A stretch of DNA of 64,000 nucleotides from an uncultured Planctomycetaceae bacterium (GCA_963833985.1 CAWIAD010000002.1:1760001-1824000); one strand, 5' to 3'. Positions 20,852 through 30,400 are shown, counted from the first letter of the stretch. Numbers and translations: made by a program. The notes: generated from the sequence alone by a model not told the origin.

Positions 20852-21319
20852 TCACGCTTCGAGTGCATCGGAGCGGTAGTCGGCTCCCTGGTTGAGCCGT
20901 TCGATCATACCGCGGAGGTTCAGCTCCTGGGTTCCGGCAAGTGGTTCAAGGTTCAAGAGCAGGTTCTCGCTCAGAATCGAGATTCTGATGGTCGCTCGAC
21001 TGCGGTCGACGGCCAGCAATTGCAGCTCGATGAGCCCGGTACCCACCTTGATGCGATCCCCACCCCGGAGGGTCATCGCCAGGTTCGTGAACTGCCGCGC
21101 CGGCCTCGTTGAGGTCGCGGGCGGCTGCCCGTTGCGGGCCCCTTCGCGGATGATGTGGACATCGGAGCGGCCCACGAAGCAAAACTTCGCGGATCCACCG
21201 CGGAACTGGACCGGTAGGAACGTGAGCAGATGCTCGTGGAGCAAGGTTCCATCCGAATGCCTCACCACGCGCTTGAGGTCAACGGGGTGGTCACGTCCGA
21301 TCTGAGTAGACACGTCCAT
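20852..21319 (-). CDS. Highly divergent CsrA-like protein (one clear and one degenerate domain)
   Basis: LAMTLRGGDRIKVGTGLIELQLLAVDRSRATIRI resembles CsrA beta1-5; N-terminal RGGSAKFCFVGRSDVHIIRE resembles the CsrA C-terminus; AGGAG SD before ATG 21319. Confidence 0.55.
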   Translation of the reverse strand: MDVSTQIGRDHPVDLKRVVRHSDGTLLHEHLLTFLPVQFRGGSAKFCFVGRSDVHIIREGARNGQPPATSTRPARQFTNLAMTLRGGDRIKVGTGLIELQLLAVDRSRATIRISILSENLLLNLEPLAGTQELNLRGMIERLNQGADYRSDALEA

Positions 21320-21326
21320 GCGGATA

Positions 21327-21388
21327 CTCCTGCCTGATGTTGTGCGGCCCCGGTGAAGATCGAGACCTTCCTGGTGCAATCCTTTGCA
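21327..21388 (-). promoter_or_regulatory. Putative CsrA-binding GGA hairpins in the leader of the csrA-like pair
   Basis: Minus strand TGCAA-AGGA-TTGCA (21375-21388), ACC-AGGAA-GGT (21365-21375) and SD CAGGAG (21327-21332). Confidence 0.5.
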
Positions 21389-21560
21389 GCCGGTCGATGC
21401 GCCGGCTGGTGCTCGGCAGGACCCAGTGAGTCATCAGTGACCCGGGTGCGGAGCTTCAGTATGAGTACTCCATCCGCACTTCTCCGTCAAGCGGTCTTTG
21501 AAGTGTGAGCAATATGCCGATATGCTGCCGATATGCGCTATCGCGGTCGAGCTGGGTTGA

Positions 21561-21791
21561 TCACGAGTCGAGCAGCTCGTCGGCGGACTGGGCCGAGAAG
21601 ATGTTCGCTCCCCAGCGCAGGAGCGTATCGGGGTCTGCGGCGCGGAGCCGCTCGCGCTGGGGTTCTTCCAGCACGCCGAAGCGCTGTTCCAGCTGTCGCA
21701 TCAGCAGGGCGGCCTCACCCTCCTGCCGTCCTTCGATGCGTCCCTGCTGCTTCCACTCTTCGGTCCATTCGAGCACGCGCTGGGCGATCAT
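21561..21791 (-). CDS. Putative internally initiated small antitoxin (RpnS-like), 76 aa, copy 1
   Basis: In-frame AGGAGGT-acgaagc-ATG (SD 21799-21805) inside rpn. Confidence 0.7.
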   Translation of the reverse strand: MIAQRVLEWTEEWKQQGRIEGRQEGEAALLMRQLEQRFGVLEEPQRERLRAADPDTLLRWGANIFSAQSADELLDS

Positions 21792-22508
21792 GCTTCGTAC
21801 CTCCTGAAGGTCGTTGACATCCGGCAATTCTACCCCGGGCATGCGACCCGGCAAGAAGACCCGTTTCAGCCAGACCGCGAAGGCGCGGCGGAGCGAGTCC
21901 TGCTCGGGCGATTCGAGCCACAGCACCAGTGCCGCCAGCACCTCCTGCACGGCTTCGGGGTTGCGGCTGTTCTCGATGCGGAAGAGTGCGGCAGCGAGGT
22001 TGCGTAGTCCGGCCAGTTCGCTCTCGGCATAGCGTCCTTCATCGACGAGCAAGTAGCGGAATTCGGGGCGGTATCGCTCGAGTCCCGCGGGGACAGCCCC
22101 GATGAGTTCCGCGAGCGTCTGGGGAGCATCCCAGCGTGGCAGGCCGTTGTACAGGACCAGAGGCAAGACTGGAGGCAGCTTCCCCTCGGGGGTGAGATTT
22201 CCCGTGCGGATGAGATCCTGGTAGAGCAGTCCCAGGTAGGCCATCAGACGCACGGCCATGAACAGGTCGATGGTGGATTGGAACTCGATGAGCAAGTAGA
22301 CGTAGAGCCATTGGTTTTGCAGGCGGACGCGCCAGACGAGGTCGTCCTCGCGTTCTCGGAGTTCATCGGCGACATAGCTGCCGCTGACTTTTTCGAGGGT
22401 GTTGAAGTCGAGTTCAGCGACCCATTGTTCACGGACGAAGCCGCGCAACAGGTCGGTCACCATTTCGGGGTGTGAGAAGAGCAGCTTGTAGCTGTGGTCG
22501 TGGTCCAT
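21561..22508 (-). CDS. Rpn-family recombination-promoting nuclease/putative transposase (RpnL) with C-terminal DUF4351-like domain, copy 1
   Basis: DHSYKLLFSHPEMV, REREDDLVWRV, LLIEFQS, MAVRLMAY, LPPVLPLVLYNG (Transposase_31/PD-(D/E)XK); GRxE repeats. Confidence 0.93.
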   Translation of the reverse strand: MDHDHSYKLLFSHPEMVTDLLRGFVREQWVAELDFNTLEKVSGSYVADELREREDDLVWRVRLQNQWLYVYLLIEFQSTIDLFMAVRLMAYLGLLYQDLIRTGNLTPEGKLPPVLPLVLYNGLPRWDAPQTLAELIGAVPAGLERYRPEFRYLLVDEGRYAESELAGLRNLAAALFRIENSRNPEAVQEVLAALVLWLESPEQDSLRRAFAVWLKRVFLPGRMPGVELPDVNDLQEVRSMIAQRVLEWTEEWKQQGRIEGRQEGEAALLMRQLEQRFGVLEEPQRERLRAADPDTLLRWGANIFSAQSADELLDS

Positions 22509-22583
22509 GCAGCCAGTCTACGGCAACACTTCCGCGTGATAAACGCATTGCTCCATGGACCCGAAGCGGTCGGGCTGGATTGA

Positions 22584-22862
22584 TCACGAGTCGAGCACCT
22601 CGTTGACGGACTGGGCCGAGAAGATGTTCGCTCCCCAGCGTAGGAGCGTATCGGGGTCTGCGGCGCGGAGCCGCTCGCGCTGGGGTTCTTCCAGCACGCC
22701 GAAGCGCTGTTCCAGGAGGCGCATCAGCAGGGCGGCCTCACCCTCCTGCCGCCCTTCGAGCCGCCCCTCCTGTCGTCCTTCGAGCCGCCCCTCCTGTCGT
22801 CCTTCGATGCGTCCCTGCTGCTTCCACTCTTCGGTCCATTCGAGCACGCGCTGGGCGATCAT
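22584..22862 (-). CDS. Putative internally initiated RpnS-like antitoxin, 92 aa, copy 2
   Basis: SD AGGAGGT at 22870-22876, ATG 22862. Confidence 0.7.
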   Translation of the reverse strand: MIAQRVLEWTEEWKQQGRIEGRQEGRLEGRQEGRLEGRQEGEAALLMRLLEQRFGVLEEPQRERLRAADPDTLLRWGANIFSAQSVNEVLDS

Positions 22863-23579
22863 GCTTCGTACCTCCTGAAGGTCGTTGACATCCGGCAATT
22901 CTACCCCGGGCATGCGACCCGGCAAGAAGACCCGTTTCAGCCAGACCGCGAAGGCGCGGCGGAGCGAGTCCTGCTCGGGCGATTCGAGCCACAGCACCAG
23001 TGCCGCCAGCACCTCCTGCACGGCTTCGGGGTTGCGGCTGTTCTCGATGCGGAAGAGTGCGGCAGCGAGGTTGCGTAGTCCGGCCAGTTCGCTCTCGGCA
23101 TAGCGTCCTTCATCGACGAGCAAGTAGCGGAATTCGGGGCGGTATCGCTCGAGTCCCGCGGGGACAGCCCCGATGAGTTCCGCGAGCGTCTGGGGAGCAT
23201 CCCAGCGTGGCAGGCCGTTGTACAGGACCAGAGGCAAGACTGGAGGCAGCTTTCCCTCGGGGGTGAGATTCCCCGTGCGGATGAGATCCTGGTAGAGCAG
23301 TCCCAGGTAGGCCATCAGACGCACGGCCATGAACAGGTCGATGGTGGATTGGAACTCGATGAGCAAGTAGACGTAGAGCCATTGGTTTTGCAGGCGGACG
23401 CGCCAGACGAGGTCGTCCTCGCGTTCTCGGAGTTCATCGGCGACATAGCTGCCGCTGACTTTTTCGAGGGTGTTGAAGTCGAGTTCAGCGACCCATTGTT
23501 CACGGACGAAGCCGCGCAGCAGGTCGGTCACCATTTCGGGGTGTGAGAAGAGCAGCTTGTAGCTGTGGTCGTGGTCCAT
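22584..23579 (-). CDS. Rpn-family nuclease (RpnL), copy 2
   Basis: Nuclease domain identical in protein sequence to copy 1; six GRxE repeats (22743-22814). Confidence 0.93.
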   Translation of the reverse strand: MDHDHSYKLLFSHPEMVTDLLRGFVREQWVAELDFNTLEKVSGSYVADELREREDDLVWRVRLQNQWLYVYLLIEFQSTIDLFMAVRLMAYLGLLYQDLIRTGNLTPEGKLPPVLPLVLYNGLPRWDAPQTLAELIGAVPAGLERYRPEFRYLLVDEGRYAESELAGLRNLAAALFRIENSRNPEAVQEVLAALVLWLESPEQDSLRRAFAVWLKRVFLPGRMPGVELPDVNDLQEVRSMIAQRVLEWTEEWKQQGRIEGRQEGRLEGRQEGRLEGRQEGEAALLMRLLEQRFGVLEEPQRERLRAADPDTLLRWGANIFSAQSVNEVLDS

Positions 23580-23654
23580 GCAGCCAGTCTACGGCAACAC
23601 TTCCGCGTGAGAAACGCGTTGCTCCATGGACCCGAAGCGGTCGGGCTGGATTGA

Positions 23655-23897
23655 TCACGAGTCGAGCACCTCGTTGACGGACTGGGCCGAGAAGATGTTC
23701 GCTCCCCAGCGCAGGAGCGTATCGGGGTCTGCGGCGCGGAGCCGCTCGCGCTGGGGTTCTTCCAGCACGCCGAAGCGCTGTTCCAGCAAGCGCATCAGCA
23801 GGGCGGCCTCACCCTCCTGCCGCCCTTCGATGCGTCCTTCGATGCGTCCCTGCTGCTTCCACTCTTCGGTCCATTCGAGCACGCGCTGGGCGATCAT
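23655..23897 (-). CDS. Putative internally initiated RpnS-like antitoxin, 80 aa, copy 3
   Basis: SD AGGAGGT at 23905-23911, ATG 23897. Confidence 0.7.
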   Translation of the reverse strand: MIAQRVLEWTEEWKQQGRIEGRIEGRQEGEAALLMRLLEQRFGVLEEPQRERLRAADPDTLLRWGANIFSAQSVNEVLDS

Positions 23898-24614
23898 GCT
23901 TCGTACCTCCTGAAGGTCGTTGACATCCGGCAATTCTACCCCGGGCATGCGACCCGGCAAGAAGACCCGTTTCAGCCAGACCGCGAAGGCGCGGCGGAGC
24001 GAGTCCTGCTCGGGCGATTCGAGCCACAGCACCAGTGCCGCCAGCACCTCCTGCACGGCTTCGGGGTTGCGGCTGTTCTCGATGCGGAAGAGTGCGGCAG
24101 CGAGGTTGCGTAGTCCGGCCAGTTCGCTCTCGGCATAGCGTCCTTCATCGACGAGCAAGTAGCGGAATTCGGGGCGGTATCGCTCGAGTCCCGCGGGGAC
24201 AGCCCCGATGAGTTCCGCGAGCGTCTGGGGAGCATCCCAGCGTGGCAGGCCGTTGTACAGGACCAGAGGCAAGACTGGAGGCAGCTTTCCCTCGGGGGTG
24301 AGATTCCCCGTGCGGATGAGATCCTGGTAGAGCAGTCCCAGGTAGGCCATCAGACGCACGGCCATGAACAGGTCGATGGTGGATTGGAACTCGATGAGCA
24401 AGTAGACGTAGAGCCATTGGTTTTGCAGGCGGACGCGCCAGACGAGGTCGTCCTCGCGTTCTCGGAGTTCATCGGCGACATAGCTGCCGCTGACTTTTTC
24501 GAGGGTGTTGAAGTCGAGTTCAGCGACCCATTGTTCACGGACGAAGCCGCGCAGCAGGTCGGTCACCATTTCGGGGTGTGAGAAGAGCAGCTTGTAGCTG
24601 TGGTCGTGGTCCAT
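23655..24614 (-). CDS. Rpn-family nuclease (RpnL), copy 3
   Basis: Identical nuclease domain; three GRxE repeats (23814-23849). Confidence 0.93.
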   Translation of the reverse strand: MDHDHSYKLLFSHPEMVTDLLRGFVREQWVAELDFNTLEKVSGSYVADELREREDDLVWRVRLQNQWLYVYLLIEFQSTIDLFMAVRLMAYLGLLYQDLIRTGNLTPEGKLPPVLPLVLYNGLPRWDAPQTLAELIGAVPAGLERYRPEFRYLLVDEGRYAESELAGLRNLAAALFRIENSRNPEAVQEVLAALVLWLESPEQDSLRRAFAVWLKRVFLPGRMPGVELPDVNDLQEVRSMIAQRVLEWTEEWKQQGRIEGRIEGRQEGEAALLMRLLEQRFGVLEEPQRERLRAADPDTLLRWGANIFSAQSVNEVLDS

Positions 24615-24620
24615 GCAGCC

Positions 24621-24648
24621 AGTCTACGGCAACACTTCCGCGTGAGAA
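24621..24648 (-). promoter_or_regulatory. Putative leaderless sigma70-type promoter of rpn (repeated at 22515-22542 and 23586-23613)
   Basis: TTCTCA (TTATCA in copy 1)-N16-TAGACT-N6-ATG; no SD before the rpnL ATG. Confidence 0.5.
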
Positions 24649-24778
24649 ACGCGTTGCTCCATGGACCCGAAGCGGTTTACGTAACGGAAGCGCCAGGAAC
24701 CGAACGGGGGGTGGATCGTTCCCTCCAGGATTCGGTTTCTGGCACTTGAGGTTTGCTCGTGCCTGCTGATGGCGCGGA

Positions 24779-27114
24779 TCAGGATCCGCTGTTTGCCGGG
24801 GGATGAGTCTCGACCAGCGGCCTTGCTGCGGGTTCGGAGGCGCCGGTGCCGAGGGCGCCGGCCGTGGCGAGATTCAGGTCATTCTTGCCGTTCGGCACCA
24901 GGCCGACATTGGCCTGCATGGCCTCCTCGATGTTCTTCATGGCGTCCTGGGAGATCTTGTCGGAGAAATCCTGGAGCACATTACCGCCTGGCAGGCTGGC
25001 GATGTCGAAGCCCGATTTCTCGGCGACGAGCAGGCTCAGGAGCATGCCCATCAGCCCCGTGCCGGCGGTTGCGCTGGTGCCAATAGGCAGCCCGTCGGCC
25101 GCATGGCCGTTGCCGCCGCCTCCTCCTCCGGCGATGAAGACCCGCTCGGGCACCAGCGGTTGGCTGCTTGCGCCAGGTTCTGCGCCACGATGGAGAGTGC
25201 GTACAGCCGGGGATCGGTGAATGACTGGATCTTGCGCACCAGCACCGAGGCCTCGGAGAGACCCTCCTGGAGGATCCGGGCGCCCTCGCCGCGGCCGGCG
25301 AGAATGCGCTGCTGGCTTTCGGCCTGGGCGGTGATGATCTTTTGCTCGGCCTCCTTGCGGGCCTTGGCAAGCTGGGCCTCCGCCTCGTTCTCGACGATCT
25401 GCACCTGAACGAGCGAATTGGTCAGCTTGGTTTGCATGGCGGCCGTGGCCTGGGCTTCATTGAGAGCCCGCAGCTTCTCCGACGCGGTCACCTGCTTGGC
25501 GTAGGTCTCCACCTGCTCCAGCGAGAGTTGCCGCAAGCGGAGCTGCTCGAGCAGGGTCTCGATCTTGCCTCCAGCCTCTGCCGTATCGGGCTTGCCGATG
25601 AGCACGTCCACGCACTCGATGTCGAAGTTGTGGAACTTGCGTCCCAGCTCCTGGCTCGACTCGTGCTGGATGGCGTCGCGTTCCTGCAAGAGCTCGAGCA
25701 TGGTCCGCTTGTGGGCGACGTCGCGGAAGTAGGCCGAGAGCATCGGATCGAGCGTCTGCGTGATCAGCTTCTTGACGTCGCCAAATCGCTGGATGACGCT
25801 GGGCGCTTTCTGGTAGTCGATATGGACCACGACCGACAGCGGCAGGGTCGGCTCGTAGGCGTCCTTGGTGACCAGGTCGATCGACCGCAGGCTCTCGTCG
25901 TAGCGGTGCGTCTCGGTTCGCCCGGTCACCCAGTGGAGGACGAAGTTGGTCGTCGGCACGAGCACGATGTTGCCCGCGTAGGTGTTGAAGGCGTACTTGC
26001 CCGGGCCCAGTGGTTTCTCCAGCACGCCGCGCTCGCCCTCGCCCACGCGCTCGCCGTGGCGGAACGTCTGGCCCGAGATGTCCGTGCCCGTTCGTCCGTA
26101 GTAGCTCACGATCACGCCCACGTAGCCGATCGGCACGATCGTCTTGGGAATCGACTCCACCGTGGCGAACCAGCGATTGATGAAATAGGTTCCGTCGGTG
26201 AGCGGCACAAACTGCAACCCGCGCCGGCCGCCGGCGAGCAGAAACGCCTCGGGATCCTGGTAGTTGTTGTGGTAGAACTTCTCGTTGCGTTCGGTACCCA
26301 CGGCCGGGGCGATGATCTCTCCGGGGGGCAGCGAAGGGCCGTCATGGACGGTAATGATCCCCATACTGTCCACAATGGTCTTCTTGTCGGGATTGAGCGG
26401 ATCAATCGTTTCGATCGGACCGCCGATGACCACCGGGTTGAAGCCGTCCACGTCCGCCAGTTCGGTCTGCCAGTTCAGCAGCGTCTTGAGCTCCTTCTGG
26501 CCGCCGGTGTCCAGGCGGTAGACCGTGTCCTCGGTGATCACATAGAACAGCGCGAGGTTCACGGCGTACACGCCCTCGCGGAAGATGGCCCGCTGCCGGC
26601 CGCGCTGGCCGGCGACCGTCTCCTGGTCGGGGCCGACCTGCTCGCCCACCAGGAAGCCACGCGCGTCCTGGAAGTTGTTGCAGGCGACGACGCAGCCCAG
26701 CGTCTGGCTGGGTGCCAGCGGCTGGCCGTCGCGGGCGTACACGTAGCCCACCTTGCCCTGTGGCACCGTCACCAGGGGAACGCGATGGATCCGGTACTGC
26801 CAGCGCCAGCGGCCAAGATGCAGTCCGCCGCGCAGGATCTCCGACTGAAACCCCGCCTCGCCGCGGAGCGCCATGATCTGCCCTTCAGGAACCGAACCCT
26901 TGAACGACCAGAGCTTTTCGACGATGCCCACGCGATTGTTCGAGATGTACCTCAGCCCGCACAGCTCGCACAGCACAACCACGCCAACCACCAGGCCCAC
27001 CAGCCAGAACAGGCCGGGGGGCAAGTCCGCGAGGTCGGCGAGAACTGGCCCCAGACCCGGTCTGCCAGTACCCGCCCAGAACGATGCCACATGAGAGAAG
27101 AGTGGCGCTCCCAC
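24779..27114 (-). CDS. Long SPFH/flotillin-like (band 7) protein; frameshift near 25165
   Basis: N-terminal TM, repeated 'GEAGFQ/GQRGRQ/GRRGLQ...L.PG.Y' units, SPFH 'VVVHIDYQKAPSVIQRFG...LDPMLSAYFRD', coiled coil; continues 'QPLVPERVF' in ORF 24779..25153. Confidence 0.85.
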
Positions 27115-27484
27115 AATTCAGCTCCTTCGGTGAACGAGTGCGTGAAAGCTGCTCGAATCGGAACAGCCCGCGGAGCCCGTCAGCTTCGCGCATTTTACCT
27201 GATACCCAGGTTTCGGAGGGTCGTTCATCCCCCCCGTATCGGACGTGTATTCGCCGGCCGGACGGAATATTCGGCCCATTCCGTGCCGCCACGCTCTCCC
27301 GGCCGCCCGGATGAGTCTTTTTTATTTGGCCGGCTGCCGCCGGTTTCGCCAGAATCGGAAGAGTTCTGATGTCACATGGAGAGTGAGTCTCATGGCGCGG
27401 CTGTGGGCGAACCCCGATGCGGCCTGGCCGACCACTCCCCCGGCGCCAGGTCAGAACGAACCACCATCTCTCGGGAGCAGCCTC

Positions 27485-30400
27485 ATGACCAGCATCGATA
27501 CGGAGCGTTACCTCGCGACGCTGGAACGAGCTGAGGCCTTGAAGCTGGCCGAGATGCTCCGTTTCCCCACGCCCGATGAGAGTGTCCTGCTCGAGCAGCA
27601 CCTCGGGGAGCAGCGATTCCGCCGGATGCGCAAGATGGCCCAGACGACCATGGCGCGCGTCGAGGCGGCCGGTGCGCGCGGGCACGTGGTTTTCTTGCCG
27701 GGTCTCTGCGGCAGCGAGCTGACCGCGTTCAGCCTGGGAGGAGGCCAGGAACCGCTCTGGCCGAAGGTGCGGCGCCTGGCCGACGACGGGATCGATCGCC
27801 TGAAAGTGGCCGCCGAGCCAGGCGCCGGCCTGGAGGGCGAGTCTCTCAGATCCACGGGCGTACTCAAGCGCTACTATGGTGCGATCCTGCTCCACCTGGC
27901 GGCACGCTGGACCGTGCGCTCGTTCCACTACGACTGGCGGATGGGGCTCGATGAGGTTGCCGAAGAGCTTTTTACCAGTCTATGCGACCCGAACTGGCTG
28001 CCTCCTGGTGAACGGGTGCATATCGTGGCGCACGGTACCGGGGGTCTCATTGCATGGGCGCTGCGGGCCAGGCACCCCGAGCTCTGGGAACCATTGCGGC
28101 GCTGCGGGCGGGTGATCTCCCTGGGCACGCCATCCCGCGGAACCTACGCGGCGGTCCAGGCGCTTGCGGGAGTGGCCGGTCTGGTGAAGAAACTCGCCGC
28201 GCTGAAGGGGGCCATCGATCGTGATGGACTGCTCAAGGTCATCCTCTCGTTCCCGTCGCTTTACCAGTTGTTGCCCGCGCCTTCCCTGAACGCCCAGGCC
28301 GAGATGCTCTACGAGGCGAACACCTATACCGACCTGGAAAGCGTGGACGTGGAGGTTCCCCAGCGCCATCTTGATCGGGGCCGCGCGTTTCACGAGGGTC
28401 TCGCCGCGCTCAAGGAAGTGGGCGGCTTTTACACCATCCTGGGGACGGGCGAGCCCACGATTTGCGGCATCGACAACATCAAGAAGCTGGACGACCTGGG
28501 AGCCTACTCGGCCGGATACCAGGGTGATGGACTCGTGCCCCTTGACCTGGCTCGCCTGGAATGGGTTCCCGAGCCTCTCAGGCGAGAGAACTCCTATCTG
28601 GTTGCGGCGGAGCATGCCGGGCTGGTGTCCAACCCCGAGGTCCTGGCTGCCGTCGACGACCTGCTGGCGCAGGGCGGCACCGACCGCCTGGCCCACTGCA
28701 CTGATGAGCAGCTCTCTCCGGAAGCTGCCGTCCCGGGCGGCCCACACGGCGCACGAAGAGTGACGAGGTCTCCAGGTTGGCTCGGGGGCGCGGCTGACCC
28801 GGAGAAAAAGGCCTGGCACATGGTCTCCTTGCGTGCGGACCAGGATCTCCGCAGGACCGATAAGCTCACTCGTCAGGTCCGTCTGGCAGCCGATGGCACG
28901 CCCCCAGGCCCAATGGATCGTCAACTCGAAGAATGTCTGCTGCGCGACCTGTTGACTCCCGGCCAGGTTCTGGCCAGGTCCGTCGAGAGGTCGCCGCTGC
29001 CACTGAACCACCCGAGGGTTCAGCTCAGCCTGGCGTGCTTGAACCTCGCCGGCATGGATTACGAGGCATACGGTGCCAGGGCCGGCCTTGCCGTCGACGC
29101 GATCGCCGTCGGCCATTACCTGGGTGTCAAGCCGGCGGGCAAGGAGCGCGAGCTCGATGAGCAAATCTCTCGAGCGATCCTGAAACTCGGCCCCGGTCAA
29201 AAGCTTGCGGAGGCCGACCTCGTTTTGAGCCAGTTCGCCGAGCGCGGCATTCTCCGCGGCGAGCTTGGCCAGCCCTTCTGCTTGCCCGACCCGCGTGATC
29301 CCACGGGTAGGCGTCTGATCATGATCGCCGGCATGGGATTGCCGGGAAGATTCGGTGCGCCGGAGTTGGCCGTGCTGGCTCGCGAACTATGCTGGGCGGC
29401 AGGCCGGCTGGGCCGGCAACATCTGGTGATCGGTTCCATCGGTGCCCGTTACAATTCCGTTGGCCCCGGCGAGGCGATGCGCGCCTGGATCCGGGGATTG
29501 AAGAACGCGATCACGGGCTCGTCGCAGGACGAGAACCGCCACATCCAGCGGCTCACGATCCTCTGGGACGATCCGCGGCACATCGAGGCGGCCCAGATGG
29601 CCATCCTCGACGAGATCCGCGAGCTCCTGGCGCGGCAGCGCATGGAGATCGAGTTCACGCCCTACGATGAAGCCGAGCTTGCCAGGCATCGCGAGGACGG
29701 CTTCCAGCGCGACCGGGACGAGCTGGAAGAGGAGCTGAAGCGAAGACGGGAATCCGCGGCCGGGCTGCGTGAGATCGATCCTCCGCCGATCCGGGTGACT
29801 CTCGGCCTGGAGGGCAACTCCTACCGTTTCGGAGCGCTCACGGAAGATGCGTCGATCCCCGAGCGATCGATACCGCTGGACCCGGCCCTGGTGCAGGAGG
29901 CGAACGCGCTGATTGCCGCGGAGCCTGACCCCGACCATCAATTCTGCAACGGCGAGTTCCTTTCCCGCTTGCTCGTGCCCGAGGAGCTGCGCGTGGCGCT
30001 GGAGGGCCCTGCGCCCCTGGTGATGATGCTCGACTCGTTGACCTCGCGGATCCACTGGGAGATGGTCGTCCGCCCGGATCCGGTGGATACCGGGGGGTAC
30101 GGCTACCCGGATGCCGATGAGTTCGAGGACCCGTTTGATCGCAAGTTCGAGTATGCCGATGCCTTCCTGGGAACGAGCCGGGGTTTCACCCGGCAGCTGC
30201 GCACGGCATTGGCGCCTCCGCCCGAGCCTCCTCCGCCGTTGCGGCGTCTGCTTCGCGTCCTGGTGGTTGCCAACCCGGCCGAGGATGCGCCGCTCCCCGG
30301 CGCTGAACGCGAAGGCCACGAAGTTGCCGATGCCTTCGAGGCCTTCAACGCGATTTATGAGAACTGGTGCGACAACCGTGTTGAGGTGGTGCGTCTCATC

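Larger units (their letters stand above)
21543..24676. repeat. Tandem triplication of an about 1.03-kb rpn cassette (units of 1023, 1071 and 1035 bp, bounded by GCGGT)
   Basis: Near-identical units begin at GCGGT 21543, 22566 and 23637, with a final GCGGT at 24672-24676; length differences equal 4 and 1 extra 12-bp repeats. Confidence 0.95.

Noticed and set aside
21561..24614. Diversity-generating retroelement acting on the rpn C-termini
   Set aside because: No reverse transcriptase or template repeat lies in the window, and the differences are not adenine-specific.
21543..24676. rpn copies as IS elements, or as a pure assembly duplication
   Set aside because: No terminal inverted repeats or transposon-type target duplications are visible. 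The copies differ by clean in-frame repeats and codon-level substitutions unlike random read error, although read confirmation is still needed.
25342..27369. Long antisense ORFs (675 aa here; also 36010..37860, 29387..30916, 49080..50684 and others)
   Set aside because: These are shadow ORFs opposite well-supported genes, expected in high-GC DNA, and show no recognisable motifs.
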